From: Macrostomum lignano
Lineage: Eukaryota
Assembly: GCA_002269645.1 (NCBI GenBank)
Contig: NIVC01000544.1
Span: forward strand, 1-64,000
DNA: 64,000 bases
Reading direction: 5' to 3'
The translations under genes and the position numbers were made by a program. The notes under the pieces are model-generated. The model was not told where the DNA came from. It made no database searches and saw nothing but the letters and a program-made list of their open reading frames with translations. Positions 44,101 to 54,404 of this stretch are shown piece by piece; position 1 is the first letter of the stretch, and each line of letters opens with the position of its first letter.

Positions 44101-45581
44101 TTTAAAATCTCTTTGGGATTTGCGCAAAATGAAGTAGACGGAAATGGATGCGCGTGCGTCACCGGGCTCAAGCTGTTGAGACCGTTGTGCCCGATGGAAA
44201 CCTCGAACTGCATTGCACTTTTAGCATCGCTAATCATTGGGACAGAGCTGATCATTCCGAACAGAAGGAAGGTGTTGGACTTTGCAAATGATAACAAATC
44301 TCTTTGTTCTTTGGTTCCAATGTAGAGATCTTTCACATCTGTAGCCTCGTTGGTTGAGTCGCAGAATTCGCTTTGCAGTCGCACGAACATTCGACCTCGA
44401 TAGGCACATCCTTCAATAACACCGGAGTTGAGACTCTCAATGTAGCCGGGCTCAACTTTGTCTTCCATTAGGTCTAGCGGAGCACCGTACATGTTAACAA
44501 AGCAAGGTCCAATCATTGGCATAAAGCCCTCTTTTTTGTCTTTCTTCTTCTGAACGAAAACAGGCTTGCGGGCGTTTTTTGTGCCTTTTGGATTCTTGTT
44601 GGTCTCTAAATGGAGCTCATTCTCCACCTGTGGCATTCCGGGGCGCACATTATGCTTTAAGGAGCTGTAGCTCTCCACAGCAATGTCGCGAACGAAAAAG
44701 GTGTGACTACACAATGGACAGTACTCCTTCCCACTGACAGACAGAAGACTGAGGATAATTTTATCGCACATTGATGGCCAGGATATCGTCAGTCTGAGCT
44801 CTTTTTTAATCTGGTATGGCTCGGACACAATCTCATCCGGTAGAGAAAGTGGCTCTGATGTCACTGTATTGCCAGCAAATGATAGGGCGATTGCTACATC
44901 GGTGACTTTTCGACCTTTGAAATCGTACCTAGGAATGTCTTGCATAAGGTAGACGGCCATTATGAATGTCATCTTGAGAAATTGATGTCCAGAACATGTA
45001 AGTACCGAGACTTCCGTGTCCTCTTTGACAGAATCAAAGGCCAAAGGGTCAGGCCAATGAACTTCTTGTTCGTTAGGAAAGATTAGAGCCACGCAAACCT
45101 TGAGAAACCCTTTGCAAACTGAGCTGGGGTCATTCTGGTCTACTAAAGCCAGCCAGCGATTGAACATCGAGCGACTTTTCTCCCCCGCAACCAGGACCAA
45201 GCTGAGCTGGAACTCACCAATCACCAGATTGCGACGAAGTACTCTACTGTTAACAACGCGAAAGGTGACATTTTCACGGAGCAAGTCTTCGACATCGGTT
45301 ACGCAGTTGAAATAGAAGTTTTCGCCCCAGAACGGCTCGTTAGTAGAGTTGGTATCACGCTGTGTCCATCGCTTCTGCTTTTTGAACAGGATGCAAACCT
45401 TGGGCGATATGTTGCTGCCTTGGATCTGTCTGCCGCTAACGACTCTAACTTTGATAGAAAATAAGTGAGGGCCGCGGCGTAAGTCATCGCGAATGCTGTC
45501 GAAAGTTTCTAGCAGAATGTTCCGCTTCGTCTCCTCTTTAGAATCGTGTTCCGCTTTGATAAGATCTGTCATAGCTTCCAT
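38124..45581 (-). CDS. Ferlin-family multi-C2 membrane protein, single exon, 2485 aa
   Basis: One uninterrupted ORF. Ferlin motifs [15 protein letters not shown]..(A)YRGR, [94 protein letters not shown]. C-terminal TM helix. Confidence 0.95.
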   Translation of the reverse strand: [2485 protein letters not shown]

Positions 45582-47039
45582 GATGAACCATTTGCTTTCT
45601 TTAAGTCATGCAAATGCTTAAGAACCCCCAGCAGTTGCTGAGGTTAGAAGCTTAAGCCAAGTCAGAATTGTGCGAATAGTGCTTAATAGGTAGATTTCTT
45701 CGACAGGGGCGGACTAGAGCTTTTTTTTCCATAGACTAAGAAACAATCACTGATCTACCCATAAACTTATTGTTCCGACTAACCTATGCATGTAGAAACA
45801 TGTAGTGTATGTCATATATTTTTACGTCACATACTCAGCAAAATTTAAGTCATCACCATTTTTTGCGCCAGTAACTTCTCTCGGACCCACCCACTCGTAA
45901 TTAAGGACTAAGTGAAATAAAAAAAATTATTTCAAATGTTGCTAGTCAGGTCTACAAAACTGAATAAACGATAGTATCATTTATATTTTGTATCAGACCA
46001 ATCGCTCGGCATGGTGAGTACTACGTACAACAAGAACTACTTGAGTAGGACGTAAGCTACGTTTCTTGGAATATTTTAGGAGGCAGGTTTTACCGGAAAA
46101 AGCATTACGGAGATAGGGGCTACTACCAGTAACATATAATCCCTTTTTAAACGAAAAGCTCAATGCATATCAAATAGAGTATTAGAATTGAAAGGCAATA
46201 CATATCAAAATATTAACACTTGGTCTCCGTTATATCAAAATTGCAATAACAAATATTTGTGCTGCAAAAATTAAAAAGTTTTTCAGTAAATGTATTTTTC
46301 AACAATGCTTCCCCTCCAACTTGAGTAGACCTCGGTTACGTAATGTACATGTAGTCGTATGCCGATCCAAGAAAAGTTGCTTACTAGCGGACTGGTGACT
46401 TTTTAATGTTGCCGAGTACACTGCATATACACCAATATATCAGACGCAACGGATATTAGACCCAATATATATTCAAGCAACTTTGTAAACTTCAAGATGG
46501 GAAGACTACTAGGTTGTGTAGACCTGTTGCACTTCTGGTTTCTCAAAAACTCGTTCTAACGTTATAACGAATCATGAACGAATTTAAAAGCCGTCAAAGC
46601 CTGTCGAAACCTCAGAACTGAAGATTTCGAACGCAAATTAAGGATAGCTAAAGAGTAACACTAAGCACTATTGTCTGTTAGAAAATCAGGTGTCAAAAAT
46701 GTCAACCAGGTGCAGCATGACAAGTCATGGTAGTTAATTCTGCAGTAGACATCTCAGGCAATGCACATGCCTATACTGTCGAGGCTTGCTCAGCGAAACT
46801 AGAGAAATTCTCATCGGGTTCGGGTGTCCATAGTCACCTGGTGTCACCTTTTAAAGGTCCAGGAAGCTCCGCCTTGGTGAAATCAAGTGACCAACGAAGT
46901 CAGAGCTGATGCAGACACATGGTCGACGTGCTGATGAAATTTGGAGGCTTGGCAGGGCTGCACTGAGGAAATACAGCTCCGGTTCAAACTGCCTGCAATC
47001 GATAACCCATCCCCATAAATAACTTGTCGATTTGTCACT

Positions 47040-47180
47040 ATAGCTCGTACAAAGGAATGACCGGGATCGAATGCCTGCATACAGTATTGGCGTGCTTGTA
47101 TGTGCTCAGTAGTCAGTTGAATGGGCAGAATTGGCCTAACCGCTGATTGCGAAGGTGTTGTCACAGGGTGCAGTCATGAT
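47040..47180 (+). mobile_element. Fragment of a second SINE-like repeat
   Basis: GTGCTCAGTAGTCAGTTGAATGGGCAGAATT is shared with 49125-49220 and resembles the CTGCTCAGGGGAGTCGGTTGAATGGGCAG block of the main SINE. Degenerate A/B-box-like motifs upstream. Confidence 0.45.
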
Positions 47181-47348
47181 CACTTATAATATTATTGGCA
47201 CGGCGTAAAGACACAAGACCATCTTGATTGGCTTCGAAAAATCAATAATAAAGATACACAAGACAAGAAGATGGTTACATGTTCAAGCCAGAAATTTGGC
47301 CTAAATGGCTCCGAAATGCTTTGTCAGACAGTTACTGAGAGTCAAAAT

Positions 47349-47717
47349 CTACTTAAGCATTTTAAACTGTTTAAACAGAGCCTGCACATCAGTTTTATTG
47401 TACGGTCGTACAGCCAAAGCGGTGGGGTAATTCTCTGGCTGCTCAATCCACAATTTGTGCTCAACACCGTTAGCAGTCAGAGTCTGCGACAGGCTAGTCA
47501 ATTCAGCCTCGCTGCTAGCACCGAGCACTACTTTATGCATTCGATCTAGATCGGCCAGGTAGGCCTCTGTGTCTGGATTCGAATAGAACAGGTGAATTGC
47601 AGCGGTTGCAGCGTGGCACGCTTGGGCCATCACGGCGCCCGATGGCCAGCCCAGAGTCTCCTGCAGGTCGCGTCGGACCACGATGTATTGTACGAGCTTT
47701 TTCGCTGGGGCTGCCAT
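47349..47717 (-). CDS. PTRHD1: Putative peptidyl-tRNA hydrolase PTRHD1 (PTH2 family), single coding exon, 122 aa
   Basis: LVQYIVVRRDL..LGWPSGAVMAQACHAATAA, LDRMHKVVL, HKLWIEQPENYPTALAVRPY. Confidence 0.93.
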   Translation of the reverse strand: MAAPAKKLVQYIVVRRDLQETLGWPSGAVMAQACHAATAAIHLFYSNPDTEAYLADLDRMHKVVLGASSEAELTSLSQTLTANGVEHKLWIEQPENYPTALAVRPYNKTDVQALFKQFKMLK

Positions 47718-47809
47718 GCAGTTTTTTTGTTGAATAAAAACTCTTTTCTCTCTCTGGTAAAAAAAAACAATCAAATAGAGAATTACGAACCAAGTATTCT
47801 GGGCTTATC

Positions 47810-48030
47810 TCCGTCCTCTCCTCTCCCTTCTCTCCGTTCTCTCCTCTCCTCTCCCTCCTTCCCTTTCCCATCTCTCCCTCCTCCCCTCTCCCTTCTCTCC
47901 GTTCTCTCTCTCCCTCCTTCCCTTTCCCATCTCTCCCTCCTCCCCTCTCCCTTCTCTCCGTTCTCTCTCTCCCTCCTTCCCTTTCCCATCTCTCCCTCAT
48001 CCCCTCTCTCTTCTCTCCTGTCACTTTTCT
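47810..48030. repeat. Polypyrimidine tandem repeat, ~59-bp unit x3-4
   Basis: (CTCTCCCTTCTCTCCGTTCTCTCTCTCCCTCCTTCCCTTTCCCATCTCTCCCTCCTCCC)n. Confidence 0.85.
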
Positions 48031-48475
48031 CTAAAAAACAAAAAACCATAAATTGGTCGGTCTAGCAAGGCGGTGCCGTTATCCTATACACAAAAAGAAA
48101 CATTTTCTCTATCTAGTTACTGATGCATCAATTTATCAATTTTAAATCGAAATAAGAAGCTCGAAACGACTAACAAATATTTACAAAGCTGTTCTATTTC
48201 ATTGAACAAAAAAATTATTTATGTAAAATATATGATAACTCAAGTCACTTGTAAGACATCTAACAATAGAAACAATTATTATAGTGCATATGTTGGTCGT
48301 TAAACGTCACTTTGCTCATGACGGTATGAACGAGGCTCTAAGGGTCAAATTATAATCGAAAACGCTTGCCGTAATAGGTAATGCCATAAAACAACAGGTT
48401 TTACTAAGATCAATCAACACTAATCAAATTATTTAATCTGAGTTGCACGTACAGGTACTAAAGCCGATCGGTTTA

Positions 48476-50700
48476 CTAAACCGTACCGGAACTCAGCCAG
48501 GCAAACAGACCGCTGGCTGCACGCTGACTAATTTTCACTCGACCTGACCGTAGTTTAACACTGCAAGTCGAACTGCCAACATCGCCGCCACTGCTATTCA
48601 GCGGTGCTAAACAGGGCAATTCAACAACAAGTCTAACAGCATGCGGACCCAATGGAAATCGGCTATCGCTCAGGTGAGCCAACTCGCTGCCTTCCAAGTC
48701 TATTTCCGGAGCAGTGACATCCAATAACAGACTGTGCCGATGGTTTGCATTAACATTCTTACTACTATCTTCAATATTTGGCGGTTGTAGACTCAAATCG
48801 ATGCAACCTTCGCCAATATCGAGCTCAATCTGATTAGGCCGGGTCAGGTGCAGTCGGACATCTCCGTAGAGCAGTCTAGCTTCCAGACTGCCTTCTAAAC
48901 TGTCAACGTCTAAATTGCTGGCGTCTCCACCGTCTGAACTGACCCGGAAATTGCCGTGCGCACTGCCGCAGCGAACACTAACTTGACCGCCTTGTAGGTT
49001 GCAGTTGCGACAGTAAAGTGCGTTGGCTTGCATAGCAACGAGGCCGTTGTTGCACTCTAAATTCAGTTCTGAGCCCTGTGAATAAATATAAACATTGTGT
49101 TACTTCGAATATTGGCCGGTGGGTTGGTGTATGTGCTCAGAAGTCAGTGGAATGGGCAGAATTCTAACAGCGCTGGTTTTGGGGCGATGATGCACCTCGG
49201 GGTGATGCACAGTTACGAGTATAGGTGGATTTACTAACTATTCAAATGAATGCTAATTACCTGGTACATAGCAGCACTCTGTAATGCGAGACTATCCCGA
49301 GCTTTTGCATTTAAAGTATGTAACACGGTTTTATTAAACTTGAGAAGAGTTGAACCTTCATCAGCTGACACGTTGACTTCTTCACTTTTGACTCGGTTTA
49401 AGCTAAACTCAATAGTTGATGAAGACGACTTGGCGACTAAGTCGATTTTACGATTTTCAATTACAGAAATTGAGCAGCCAACGCAACCGACCGTGACGCC
49501 GAGGTCCATTGGAATCGGGATCTGGGTGTAGGAATAATGATGTGGATAATAAACAAATGAAGAAAACGAAAGATCTACATTTGCGATTATTTATGCGCCA
49601 AAAAAGCAACGCAGGTAGACGAAATTCAAGAACACGGGCTAAAAATTTTCTGCTGCGCACATTCTCCAACAAGAATCAATTGTCGCCACCCATACAGATC
49701 GTCAAGATTTCAACGATTTATTCAGAAAGCTGCAGAGAATTTTTTCATAAGCGCGACCTTGCAAAGCGTTCAGCACGTCCACACGTACCCAGGTATCTGC
49801 ATCATTCTTAGACTACGGTCCTTGAACCTTCTAAAGCTTCTGGACCTTCAGCGGACGGCACCAGGTGGCTATAGAAACAGTGCTACAAACTTCCCAAAGA
49901 TTTATTGTCGGCATTTTCATTGTCCTAATACTTATTAGCTTTCTTTAACAAAGTTTTCTATCATATTGATTAATTTAGGTTCTATGCAGTAACCATAGTC
50001 AAAGTCGATTATTCGTTGAATTGTTATAAAAACCATTTTGACGCGAAATATAGCGCACTTATAGCGCTTCTATAAGTCATTCTCCTTCAGTCGCTCCATT
50101 ATTTTTAACATGGTATCAGCTAAAATGATTAGCTTGCAATACGATGCATGAAAAAATGTGCGAAATTTTAAAGACAGCCGCGGCTCAATTGAAAAGTTAC
50201 GGGTGTACGAATGGAAAGGTATGGAAAGTTGTCGAAAAATGGCATGGCATTTCTACAGTTAATCAACCGAGGATCTAGAAGGAAGATCAGCAACCGTGAA
50301 ATCTTACCATTGCACGCAGAGGTGCTAAATTCATCGACTTCTGTTCATTATTAGTCACACAATCAGTAGCCGAAACTGACTCAATCAACCATTCGCGCTC
50401 TCCAGTCTGCTTAGCAACCGCAAATACAGCACCGACAGAGTCTAGGCTATTAGCCCTAATTTTAGCTTTCTCATCACTGTCAGCTCGGGACACCAGCACT
50501 CGGTCAATATCATGATGCATATTGGGATCCAATGAAGCAATTTCTACAGGGCGATTCGAGGACGCAATGTTTAACCGGCCAAACAGTCCGGTACGAAGCT
50601 CAATCTGGCCATTTGGTTGAACTCTCGTGCTCAAAATGCGGCAATATTGGGTGAGCAGGCCACGGGGCACACACCGGTATTTATTGAGCATAGCTCTCAT
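48476..50700 (-). CDS. FAM185A: FAM185A-like (DUF4097) protein, 3 exons, ~415 aa, mitochondrial-presequence-like N terminus
   Basis: Exons 50700 (or 50691)-50308, 49521-49261, 49075-48476, phase-0 GT-AG introns. FGRLNIASSNRPVEIASLDPNMHHDIDRVLV resembles FAM185A FGRL......V.PLDP.....DRVLV as recalled. Confidence 0.78.
49125..49220 (+). mobile_element. SINE-like fragment in FAM185A intron 2
   Basis: Homologous to 47095-47180. Confidence 0.45.
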
Positions 50701-50796
50701 GATTATTTGCTTACAAGTGTCAATTATTTAGCAATTTTATATTCTGAAAATGGCAATTGAACGTCTCTCTGAATTGAAGTTTTAAAAGACTGACTG

Positions 50797-51185
50797 TTCT
50801 GGTAGAGATGCCACCCTTCTAGTCCTTCTGGTAGAGATCCCACCCTTCTAGTCCTTCTGGTAGAGATCCCACCCTTCTAGTCCTTCTGGTAGAGATGCCT
50901 CCCTTCTAGTCCTTCTGGTAGAGATGCCACCCTTCTAGTTCTTCTGGTAGAGATCCCACCCTTCTTGTCCTCCTGGTAGAGATGCCTCCCTTCTAGTCCT
51001 TCTGGTAGAGATCCCACCCTTCTAGTCCTTCTGGTAGAGATCCCACCCTTCTAGTCCTTCTGGTAGAGATCCCACCCTTCTAGTCCTTCTGGTAGAGATC
51101 CCACCCTTCTAGTCCTTCTGGTAGAGATCCCACCCTTCTAGTCCTTCTGTGAGAGATGCCACTCTTTCTAGTCCTTCTGTGAGAG
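50797..51185. repeat. 29-bp minisatellite (CTGGTAGAGATCCCACCCTTCTAGTCCTT)n
   Basis: About 13 tandem units. Confidence 0.95.
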
Positions 51186-52165
51186 ATTCTACGTAACTTG
51201 ATGCTTCAGAGGGCAGCATCTCTTGATGCTACCACTAGAGCCATTTGATAGAGCTAGCTTTAGTTACCAAAAACTTTTGAAGCCTACATACAACTAGAAC
51301 TGTAAGGCCTTTGAGTTTCCAGAAAAAGCTTCGTTAAACAAATGCATAATTAATCAAAGAACAAATGGAGCCTCAAAGTGAATCATAAAGTTAACTAAAG
51401 GTCAAAAGTCAATTATTGAAAAACAAGAAATGGATTAAATTTTATTTGCTTCTTTATTGTTGGAAAATAATGTCAAACAGTAAAGGTTGATTGGGCTTTT
51501 ACTAATCCAATGCCAGCATTGCTACTATAAGAATAAATAAATGTATTGTTGTAATAAAAAGTTTCAGCTGAACCGGTAAAGAAGAAACACGCCAATAAAA
51601 CTTGCCGTGAGAGCCGTGAGATTTTTCTACTAGTGTGTTCATTTGGATAATGTCGATAAAAAATGTTCTACTAAACATTTGAATTTGTAAATATGAAAAA
51701 TTGTCACATTCTACTACTAAGTCATGGAAAGTAATGTATTGAAAAAATAGAAAAAAACTGTCAATAGAAACTACTGGAAAGCACATTTACAGTGCCACTA
51801 CCCTAATTTAAAAAACATTTCTGTTTTGCTGAGTAAGAAACTAATGTGCTATTTATGTGCTATAATGAGTTCAATGCACAAGTAAAAATAGATGTACCAT
51901 AGTCTATGGTAAAAATAATTGTTCGATCGTTTGAAAATCACAAGTACTGCCAGTGACCAATGGATTAATGGAAAATGAACTAGGAGAAGCTGAGCCCCTC
52001 ATTAGTAGCTCTCACATTGCAATTCAGCAATAGTCAAAGTTCAGGGGAGTAGCACTGTTGTTAACTCTCCACTTTCTATATTATCATAAGCTCAGATCCA
52101 AATTAGGCTTATAAAATGTACAAACGCTTACAAAAGTACACAGATCGAAACAACAGTTAAAACAT

Positions 52166-53950
52166 TCAAGGCAGTTTCTCTCGATCGTGCGGCTTATCCA
52201 AATCCAACTGAGGCCCAATTGGCACAATACCGTGCGGATTAATCTGAGTATGACTCATCATATAGTGCTTGCGAATGTGCTCTTTATTAACTGTGCCAGA
52301 CACACCCGGCAGTTGGTAGATATCGCGAGTGAATGCCCATAGATTCGGATAGTCGACCAGCTGTCGCAGATTGCACTTGAAGTGCTGATGATAGACCCAA
52401 TCGAATCGGATTAGAGTGGTGAATAAGCGTACATCGGCTAGTGTTAAACGAGATTTTGGCGAGCCAACCAAGTAGCGTCTGGTTGATAAGCGATTTTCTA
52501 GATCGTCCAGAGCGTTAAATAGCTTTGTAACCGCTTCATCATATGGCTCCTAGAGTGCAAAAAGAGACTCACAAGTAGTTTTTTTGCATATTATAAAAAG
52601 CTACCCTAGCCTATGATTATCTAAAATATACTTCGGTACCTCCTATGGAGGCGTTTGATAGGCTGGAACTTTAGATAGACTCTCTTAAAACTTAAGAATT
52701 TCACATGATCGTCGAAAGTAAACTTGAAAATGGAATAATGTAACTAAATTTCCAAGTTTTTATGGTCTTCAAATGCCACGGCGATCATGTGCCAGCGGCC
52801 CAGACTCAATTCCAAGTGCAGTCACATTAATATTGGGGCTAAATTGGAATCTCGGCTTGGCTCTGCTCGTGCAATTAACGACCAGCTTGAGGGCCAACCT
52901 CCAAGGCACAGTGAAGTGTACATGCCTAACGATAAATAGAGTTAGGGCCGCTGTACACTCCTGTATGAGTGTGTGCCTGTGGTTGTGCCTGCTCGGGGGA
53001 ATCGGTGGAATGGACAGCAATGCCTCTCGCCGGTTGTGTGACAATGTCGCTAAAGTGAGCAAGTGGTGCACAAAACCTCCTGCCTGAAACTCTAACTAAT
53101 GTCCTGATGAGGGATGTTAAATTTTGCGTCCTGTCTACCACAATTATACATTTCTACCACTACAAGCCTGACTTTCTCTACCTAACAGTAATGACATACA
53201 TTTTTAGTTACTAATCATCAAATTCTCTGGTCAAAAAAATTTAAACTACAAAGACTAGACTGACAAGGAGAATTCTAAGACAGAAAAACATCGCACCTGA
53301 GCAGTAGCAAAGCCGGCTCTGTACACTCCATTATTAACATTATTGTAGACAAATTCGTTCACCGAATCAATTTCAGCGCGAAACTCTTCGGGATAGAGAT
53401 CCAAGTCAGCCCGGCCGCATACGCAATTGAATGCCGAATTTAGCATAATAATAATCTCAGCAGATTCATTGCTAACTATGGTTCGCTTTTTCTTATCGTA
53501 CAGCACAGGTACAGTGATATTGGCGGAGTAAGCTGGATCAACTGAGGTGTAAACCTCGCGAAGAGTGTTAAACCCATTAACATCATCGGCTGTGCACCCG
53601 GGCTTATCCGGACTGAACCGCCAACCTCCAGGCTTCAAATGCCAATCAACCACGTTGACAGTGATGGCATCTGTTAGGCCTTTGAGCTCGCGAACTATCA
53701 GGGCCCGATGCGCCCATGGACAGGCGAAGCACACGTACAGATGGTAGCGCCCGGATTCAGCCGCAAAATTGGAGGATTTATCGTTGGAAATCCAGCTGCG
53801 AAATTGGGACGCTTTGCGGACATATTCGCCCTTGTCGGAGACTGACTTTGTCCAGCTGGTGCCAACTTCTTGGCCTGTGGAAGAGGAGGCTGTTGTCATG
53901 CTGGCAACTGATATTCTGGCAAATAATCGAAACATCAAAGTATTGTACAT
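52166..53950 (-). CDS. Glutathionyl-hydroquinone reductase (GST Xi class, YqjG/ECM4-like), 2 exons
   Basis: Exons 53950 (or 53935/53899)-53297 and 52549-52166, phase-0 GT-AG intron. Motifs GEYVRKASQFR, GRYHLYVCFACPWAHR, TVPVLYDKK..TIVSNESAEII, NNGVYRAGFA, ADVRLFTTLIRFDWVY..HFKCN, HY..SH..INP.GIVPIGP. Confidence 0.96.
52775..53085 (+). mobile_element. SINE copy in the GHR intron (antisense to the gene)
   Basis: Long homology to 25470-25770. Confidence 0.75.
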
Positions 53951-54404
53951 ACATTAATATGATGATAATAATAATTTTTATACCTTTCCTAATTGGCAAA
54001 TGTACACAAATTTGGCAAAGATTCTAGTAATCCAGATCTAGATTCTAAAACGTAGGTTGCTACTAAAAGCTGAAACTATTACCCAAAACAGAAACCTAAG
54101 CTAGAATCTTAAGCCTTTTAGCCATATAAAAACTGTAAGCACAAAAGTACTGCAATTTGTATGACCCTTATCCTTTGAGCTGCTCTTGCTCTTGCTAGCT
54201 CTGATAATAATAATAATATTAATTAATTACACCTAATTAATAAATTAGGCAGATGTACAACTAATAGCTTAGTTGCAGCTATTGCACAAAACATCTGAAG
54301 GATGTGTGTGTGTTTATAGGTGTTCAGTCACCATACGCTACTTCAATTACCCCAGCTAATGATGGCACCAATTTTATAGCTGGGGTAGGGCCAGCATATA
54401 GCCT

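Noticed and set aside
38505-45487. Numerous short ORFs overlapping the ferlin
   Set aside because: Antisense or alternative-frame shadows of a long GC-rich CDS, with no recognisable domains.
46727-47164. ORFs 46727-46909 (+) and 46883-47164 (-)
   Set aside because: No recognisable motifs or consistent splice structure, and they overlap a SINE-like fragment.
47200-47230. Spliced-leader RNA gene (GGCGTAAAGAC resembles the start of a flatworm SL as recalled)
   Set aside because: Similarity ends after about 10 nt, with no donor or Sm site in the expected arrangement.
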